NCBI GenBank assembly: GCA_964016885.1 | Contig: OZ024742.1 | Span: 85,870,001-85,934,000 of the forward strand | Origin: Eledone cirrhosa | Lineage: Eukaryota | Direction: 5' to 3' | DNA length: 64,000 bases | Shown here: positions 56,796-64,000 of the stretch, one piece after another | Layout of the letters: every line of letters begins with the position of its first letter | How positions within the stretch are numbered: position 1 is the first letter of the stretch | Translations under genes and position numbers: made by a program | The notes under the pieces: generated by a model | Told to the model about the DNA's origin: nothing | Seen by the model: the letters and a program-made list of their open reading frames with translations, nothing else | Database searches by the model: none

Positions 56796-57938
56796 TGGGG
56801 GTTCTTTTCTTTGTTTTTTGTGCCTCTCCTTTGTTATGTCCTAGACCATCTTGTTTTTGTGTGTGTGTTGTGTGCTTAGTTTGTGCATGTGTTACATCCG
56901 GGTGTCTGTGTGTGTTTATATCCGCTTATTTATTTGTTTATTTACATGGTACTGGTTGGTTGTTTGTTCTATGTGCGTGTGTGTTTTCATTTTGTCCTTA
57001 ATTGTAAGTTGTGATGTTGCTTGTCGTGTTTTCTATTTAATTTTGGTTGTAATTCATTTATGTTTATTGCCTCTGTGATTTGTATAAACATTGCGTCTTT
57101 TCTGTGTGTAGATTCTATTTTTATTTCTATGTTCTCCTATTTACCCGTATGTTCCATTTTAGCATGTTGGTAGAGTACACATGATTCTTTACTATCTTGA
57201 AGGTCTCGCCAGTGTTCATTTATCCGTTCCCTTATACTACGAGCTGTCTCACCTATGTACACTATATTTTTATCTCTACATTGTCCTTCAGTACATCTTA
57301 TGCTATATACTACATTTCTAGTTTTACAGTTAATATGGGGGCTTAGTTTACAGATTATACATTCCTTATCCATACAGGGAGGTCTTTGAAAAGGGTATGT
57401 CTTGCTAATAAATGTTTTTATGGAGGTACCTGGTCTTTCTACTATCTTAATATTGAGTTTATGTTTATCTAAGGCCCTGCTAAAGTTGTAAGCTAATTCA
57501 CTTCTGATTCACCTCTAATTCACCTATAATTCACTTCAAGATAGTAAATAATTATCTGTACTCTACCAACATGCTAAAATAGAACATAAGGGTAAATTAG
57601 AAAACATAGAAATAAAAATAGAATCTACACACAGAAAAGACGCAATGTTTAGACAAATCACAGAGGCCATATACATAAATGAATTACAACCAAAATTAAA
57701 TAGAAAACATGAGTGGAACAGCAACATCACAACTTACAATTAAGGACAAAATGAAAACACACACGCACATAGAATAAACAACCAACCAGTAACATGTAAA
57801 TAAACAAATAAATACATGAATATAAACACACACAGACACCGGGATGTAACACATGCGCAAACTAAGCACACAACACACACACAAAAACAAGATAGCGTAG
57901 GAAAGAAAAAAGGAGAGGCACAAAAAAAAGAACCCCCA

Positions 57939-57981
57939 GTCACTGAAGAGGTCACAGAATGTGTGACGAAAGAACTATGAC
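57939..57981 (+). ncRNA. Type I minimal hammerhead ribozyme
   Basis: GTCA-CTGAAGA-GGTCACAGAATGTGTGAC-GAAA-GAAC-TA-TGAC. Confidence 0.7.
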
Positions 57982-58139
57982 AATATATAAACAACCATCT
58001 GGTTGTGGAACCAGCCAACCAACCGGAAATTTATAAATTACTGAATTTATTATAATAAATTGAAGTGAAGCAACTGGTGCGTGTGTTACTTATTATCCAA
58101 AGTATAACAATATATATATATATATATATATATAGATAA

Positions 58140-58202
<63 letters not shown>

Positions 58203-58225
58203 TACACGGGTGTGTATAGAAGATT

Positions 58226-58608
58226 ATATTAATAAAAGGAATTCAAACTTTATCTGATTTACACGTTTTATTTACAATCCTTTAAAATTTATAATGGTAT
58301 TACAATGAAATAGTATGGGAGAATATTAAATGTTAAGTGTTAATTGAACAAATACTTTCATGCTTTCGCAATCTTCAGGTTCATAATGTTGGTGACAGTC
58401 AAGTTTGCAATTTTCAACTGCAGTTGAAAATTGCAAACTTGACTGTCACCAACATTATGAACCTGAAGATTGCGAAAGCATGAAAGTATTTGTTCAATTA
58501 ACACTTAACATTTAATATTCTACCATACTATTTCATTCTAATACCATTATACATTTTAAAGGGTTGTAAATAAAACGAGTAAATCAGACAAAGTTGGAAT
58601 TCCTCTTA

Positions 58609-58615
<7 letters not shown>
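58226..58615. repeat. ~390-bp zero-spacer palindrome centred at 58420/58421
   Basis: ...TTTTCAACTG|CAGTTGAAAA.... The inner ~100 bp per arm are perfect; the outer arms have scattered mismatches. Confidence 0.95.
58458..58496 (+). ncRNA. Type I minimal hammerhead ribozyme (mirror copy 58345-58383, minus)
   Basis: TGAAC-CTGAAGA-TTGC GAAA GCAT-GAAA-GTAT-TT-GTTCA. Confidence 0.8.
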
Positions 58616-58670
<55 letters not shown>

Positions 58671-58895
58671 AACAATTAAGTTAAAGATGTACATCCATAT
58701 ATGTATACTGAAATACTAGTATGTATATGAATACACACACGTATACATATGTAGATGTACCAAGTTTTTTCACTGGTCACTTTACTGTGAGTGGCCAGCT
58801 ATTCTGTATGTAAACACACAGACAAACCGGTTTTTAGAGTCATACTGGTTTTTGAGGAAACACCTTTCCTCTATTCTCCAGAAAGCCAGACAAGG

Positions 58896-58940
58896 AATAT
58901 TGAACTAGTTTCGTTGTTGTTACAACTCATCAGCAATATT
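58896..58940 (-). ncRNA. Minimal hammerhead ribozyme (inverted retrozyme unit)
   Basis: Reverse complement of 59417-59461. Confidence 0.88.
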
Positions 58941-59416
58941 TACCTATCTTCCGGCCTCTCTAGAGAATCGTAAAAGCACATATCGTTATATGCTTTTTCT
59001 ATGAAAATTAGTAGTGGGCAGACTAATTTGCATAGAGTGTGAGTAAGTACCGGTTCAACGGAGACGATAAAAACAAATAACGAAACGAAATTAAATTTCG
59101 TTTCATTTGTAACTCACTTTTGTATGACTGACGCTTAAACAATTAAGTTAAAGATGTACATCCATATATGTATACTGAAATACTAGTATGTATATGAATA
59201 CACACACTTTTGTATGACTGACGCTTAAACAATTAAGTTAAAGATGTACATCCATATATGTATACTGAAATACTAGTATGTATATGAATACACACACGTT
59301 GAACCGGTACTTACTCACACTCTATGCAAATTAGTCTGCCCACTACTAATTTTCATAGAAAAAGCATATAACGATATGTGCTTTTACGATTCTCTAGAGA
59401 GGCCGGAAGATAGGTA

Positions 59417-59461
59417 AATATTGCTGATGAGTTGTAACAACAACGAAACTAGTTCAATATT
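59417..59461 (+). ncRNA. Minimal hammerhead ribozyme, unit 1
   Basis: AATATTG-CTGATGA-GTTGT AACA ACAAC-GAAA-CTAG-TT-CAATATT. Confidence 0.9.
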
Positions 59462-59883
59462 CCTTGTCTGGCTTTCTGGAGAATAGAGGAAAGGTGTTTC
59501 CTCAAAAACCAGTATGACTCTAAAAACCGGTTTGTCTGTGTGTTTACATACAGAATAGCTGGCCACTCACAGTAAAGTGACCAGTGAAAAAACTTGGTAC
59601 ATCTACATATGTATACGTGTGTGTATTCATATACATACTAGTATTTCAGTATACATATATGGATGTACATCTTTAACTTAATTGTTTAAGCGTCAGTCAT
59701 ACAAAAGTGAGTTACAAATGAAACGAAATTTAATTTCGTTTCGTTATTTGTTTTTATCGTCTCCGTTGAACCGGTACTTACTCACACTCTATGCAAATTA
59801 GTCTGCCCACTACTAATTTTCATAGAAGAAGCATATAACGATATGTGCTTTTACGATTCTCTAGAGAGGCCGGAAGATAGGTA

Positions 59884-59928
59884 AATATTGCTGATGAGTT
59901 GTAACAACAACGAAACTAGTTCAATATT
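59884..59928 (+). ncRNA. Minimal hammerhead ribozyme, unit 2
   Basis: Identical to 59417-59461. Confidence 0.9.
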
Positions 59929-60332
59929 CCTTGTCTGGCTTTCTGGAGAATAGAGGAAAGGTGTTTCCTCAAAAACCGGTTTGTCTGTGTGTTTACATAC
60001 AGAATAGCTGGCCACTCACAGTAAAGTGACCAGTGAACAAACTTGGTACATCTACATATGTATACGTGTGTGTATTCATATACATACTAGTATTTCAGTA
60101 TACATATATGGATGTACATCTTTAACTTAATTGTTTAAGCGTCAGTCATACAAAAGTGAGTTACAAATGAAACGAAATTTAATTTCGTTTCGTTATTTGT
60201 TTTTATCGTCTCCGTTGAACCGGTACTTACTCACACTCTATGCAAATTAGTCTGCCCACTACTAATTTTCATAGAAAAAGCATATAACGATATGTGCTTT
60301 TACGATTCTCTAGAGAGGCCGGAAGATAGGTA

Positions 60333-60377
60333 AATATTGCTGATGAGTTGTAACAACAACGAAACTAGTTCAATATT
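60333..60377 (+). ncRNA. Minimal hammerhead ribozyme, unit 3
   Basis: Identical to 59417-59461. Confidence 0.9.
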
Positions 60378-60675
60378 CCTTGTCTGGCTTTCTGGAGAAT
60401 AGAGGAAAGGTGTTTCCTCAAAAACCAGTATGACTCTAAAAACCGGTTTGTCTGTGTGTTTACATACAGAATAGCTGGCCACTCACAGTAAAGTGACCAG
60501 TGAAAAAACTTGGTACATCTACATATGTATACGTGTGTGTATTCATATACATACTAGTATTTCAGTATACATATATGGATGTACATCTTTAACTTAATTG
60601 TTTAAGCGTCAGTCATACAAAAGTGAGTTACAAATGAAACGAAATTTAATTTCGTTTCGTTATTTGTTATTTATA

Positions 60676-60807
<132 letters not shown>

Positions 60808-60812
60808 CATAT

Positions 60813-60843
<31 letters not shown>

Positions 60844-60944
60844 TACATATATACATATATACATTTATATATATTTACATATATACATATATACATATAT
60901 ATATATACATATATACATATATATATATACATATATATATATAT

Positions 60945-63232
60945 TTGATTGATTTCATTCTGGTGAGGAAAAAGTGGCGGAATAATGTTCTGAACACGGA
61001 ACCATACAGCTATTTCAGTACACTGGGTAGTGACCACCGGCTTGTTATGAGTGAGGTCCGCGTGAGCTTAAGAAAGAGCAAGGCTCAGCCCCGGAGAACA
61101 ATCTATGACTGGGGTGCTTTCAAGGAAGATGATACGCTACAGGAGAGATTCACAGTGGAAGTGAGAAACAGGTTTAGTGCTCTGTGTGGAGAGTCAGAGG
61201 ATAGATAGATTGGATGGACTGAGGAGAGTGTGAAGAGGAGGTACGGGCACTTCGCCAATGCAGTGGCGGAAGCAAGTGAAACCCTGGTGCCGAGGAAATA
61301 GAACAAAGGGAAGCACATCACCTCTGCAAACCCAAAAGTGTGTGCAGCCAGAGAACACCTGAAAGCTGCCAGGGACCGATTCTATGCTGATCCTACGGAG
61401 GAGAGGATGGAGACTGTGGAGGTGAGGAGGGAAGAGCTCTGTACCGCTTACACTGGGGTCTGAGAGGAAGCACTGATAGAGAAGATCAGAAGTGTGCAGA
61501 GAGCGGTTGACAGATCTGGATGTAAGGAGAGCTGGATGATCATCAACGAGATCACAGGGAGGAAGAGAAGGTGTTCGAGTCAGATCCAGGGAACGGGGCA
61601 CGAGGATAGGAAGAGGAAATGGCTAGACCATTTTAGGACCCTACTAGGAGAGCCACCCTCCACAGCCCAGAGCACTGGGGAAATCAGGCGGCTGTTTGAG
61701 GAACTGGATGTTGAGACAGAGCCCTTCACCAGAGAGGAGCTTCAGAGAGCCAAGAAGTGGATCAAGGAGGGCAAGGCTCATGGAGAAGATGGAGTGGCAT
61801 CAGAGGTGATGAAGAGGTGTGATTTTGATGATATCATCCTGGGGTTCTGTAACGGGGCACTGGAGAAAGGAGTTGTCCCGAATCAGTGGAGGATCAGTAA
61901 CATCGTCCCAGTGCCAAAGAAAGGAGATCTCTCTAACACCAACAACTACCGGGGGATCTCACTGACGTCACTTGTGGCAAAGACCCTCAACAGGATGATT
62001 CTTAACAGGATCCAGCCTGAGATGGAGAAGAAGCTCAGGGACAGCCAGAATGGCTTCAGAGAGGGTAGATCAACCACGAGTCACATCCTGATGCGGAGGA
62101 GGATATTAGAGTGAGCTATGGCAAAGTGCCTTCCTGCGGTCATGGTTTTCATTGACTTTAGGAAGGCCTTTGATTCTGTGGACCGTTACTGCCTGATGAA
62201 GATCTTACAGGCTTATGGAATCCCGAAGAAGATAGTGGACCTGATATCACATCAACACCAAAGCCCAAGTCATTACCCCTGATGGGATGACAGAGTTCTT
62301 TGAGATACTGGCTGGAGTGCTCCAGGGAGATACATTGGCTCCCTACCTTTTTATCAACGTAGTGGACTATTGTATGCGCCTTGCACTGGAGAAACACCAG
62401 GACTCTGGCTTTACTGTAGCACCGGCTCAGAGCAGGAGAGTTAGGGCGAAAAAGGTATCAGATGCTGAATTTGCCGACGACATAGTTTTGGTGACAAATA
62501 CAGTGAAGGAGGCAGAGGATTTGATGCGGGAGGTTGAGACTGTGTCGATGAGTGTGGGGCTGAGAATGAATGAGACTAAAACAAAATATCTGGTAGAGAA
62601 TGTTGAGAAGCCAGAGGGGATCACTAATGTAGGCGGGAAGCCGCTGGAATTGGTTGAGGACTTCCTGTATTTGGGAGCAATGATTGGGAATTCGGAGGAT
62701 GATGCGGTTGAGAGGAAGAGCAAGGCCTGGGCGGCGTGACACAGCTTGAGATCGGTATGGAAGTCGGACCTTCGTAGAGACCTGAAAATCCGCCTCTTCA
62801 TTGCTGTAGTGGAGTCTGTGCTGCTGTATGGACCTGAGACTTGGACACTGACCAAGAGACTCACTCAGATGGTGGATGGGTGCTACACGAGAATGCTGAG
62901 GATGGCTCTGAACATTAAGCAGTATACACTGAGGATGAAAAACTCAGAGCTGTATGGGAGCATCCCAAAAGTCAGCTCAAAAGTGACACAGAGGAGATTG
63001 AGGTTAGCTGATCATGCTCACCGACATCCAGAGTTGACATTGCACTCAGTACTCCTTTGGGAGCCCCTACATGGACACACTAGAAGAGGAAGACCAAGGT
63101 TAACGTATGTTGATGCCCTAAGGACAGACACTGGTCTGTTGGAGATGCAGGACATGGCAGCGATAATGAGGGACAGAGACCGCTGGAGAGAATTCGTCCA
63201 TGGATCTCGGGAATTTTACCCGCCTTAGATAG

Positions 63233-63235
<3 letters not shown>
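60945..63235 (+). mobile_element. RTE-type non-LTR retrotransposon, 5'-truncated in APE, several stops
   Basis: IDFIL...SDHRLV, NYRGISLTS, QNGFREGRST, GVLQGDTLAPYLF, EFADD, RRLRLADH, RGRPRLTY. Almost no 3' UTR; TAGA tail into (TA)n. Confidence 0.9.
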
Positions 63236-63263
<28 letters not shown>

Positions 63264-63268
63264 CATAT

Positions 63269-63311
<43 letters not shown>

Positions 63312-63506
63312 CATATATATATATAACATATATATATATATAACATATATATATATATAACATATATATATATATAACATATATATATATATAACATATA
63401 TATATATATATATAACATATATATATATATATATAACATATATATAAGAGAGAGAGTGAGAGAGAGAGAGAGAGGGGGGGAGAGCGAGAGGGGGAGAGAG
63501 AGAGAA

Positions 63507-63579
<73 letters not shown>

Positions 63580-64000
63580 TAACATATTTAGATATGGAAG
63601 ACGAATATTTATATGTAGATATATGCACATATATGTTGCTTCAAAATAAGAGCTGTAGCCTCACGTAACTGGAATATTCTTTTGGATAATAAAGACTTCA
63701 AAAAGCAGTAACTCAGTCACCAACAGCACCCGGAAAATCATTATGTTACCACTTACACGAGCACTCATGCTTCTGTACTAAGACCATCCGTGTTTTATTA
63801 CAGCATTACACTTTTCTAATTAATTACATTTGCAAACACGCCCTTATTCACACACAGACACACAGACACAAACACCCCCCCCCCCCACACACACACACAC
63901 ATACACACACACATATATATATAACATTCTTATATACATATCTAGAGATGGTAAATACTTTTGTAGTCTTACATTTGCCATCAACAATGATTAAAATACA

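Larger units (their letters stand above)
56545..58113 (-). mobile_element. 5'-truncated PLE remnant (GIY-YIG + pLTR) with ~560-bp inverted repeats
   Basis: CIICKLSPHINCKTRNVVYSIRC...YIGETARSIRERINEH (57137-57373). 56600-57179 is inverted relative to 57557-58113. (TA)n flanks. Confidence 0.85.
58669..60669 (+). mobile_element. Retrozyme-like 467-bp tandem repeat with one hammerhead per unit and a 5' inverted segment
   Basis: About 3 plus-strand units at 59298-60669 (CTGATGA at 59424, 59891, 60340; spacing 467 and 449). An inverted unit at 58669-59297. (TA)n on both flanks. Confidence 0.85.

Noticed and set aside
58791-60482. Identical 60-aa ORF (MASYSVCKHT...) three times
   Set aside because: GTG start, antisense to the hammerhead strand, no recognisable motif. 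The identity simply reflects the young repeat.
58669-60669. CRISPR array or simple satellite interpretation
   Set aside because: No short repeat/unique spacer pattern, the context is eukaryotic, and the units carry hammerheads and a PLE-type inversion.

Overview
Eukaryotic, AT-rich, microsatellite-dense DNA made almost entirely of retroelements. No host gene is supported. The SINE and (TA)n landscape suggests an octopus-like cephalopod, but that is inference. The window holds two decayed L1/Tx1-clade LINEs (minus strand) and a head-to-tail array of R4/Dong-like restriction-like-endonuclease (RLE) LINEs sitting in (TAA)n tracts, one of which is a single homopolymer indel from intact. It also holds four Naiad-like Penelope-like elements (PLEs), one further PLE GIY-YIG remnant, RTE-type LINEs and SINEs. 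The main signal is non-coding: by eye I find 14 type I hammerhead ribozyme motifs with intact CUGANGA/GAAA cores and 3 degenerate ones, in about 8 sequence families between 26.6 and 60.4 kb. They include a near-identical 467-bp tandem repeat with one minimal hammerhead per unit (retrozyme/circular-RNA architecture), a hammerhead with a 115-nt rod-like stem II, and a zero-spacer palindrome carrying mirror hammerheads. Seven of these insertions share a 5'-inverted fold-back architecture inside (TA)n. All ribozyme calls are manual folds, identities are eyeballed, and nothing was tested computationally or experimentally.
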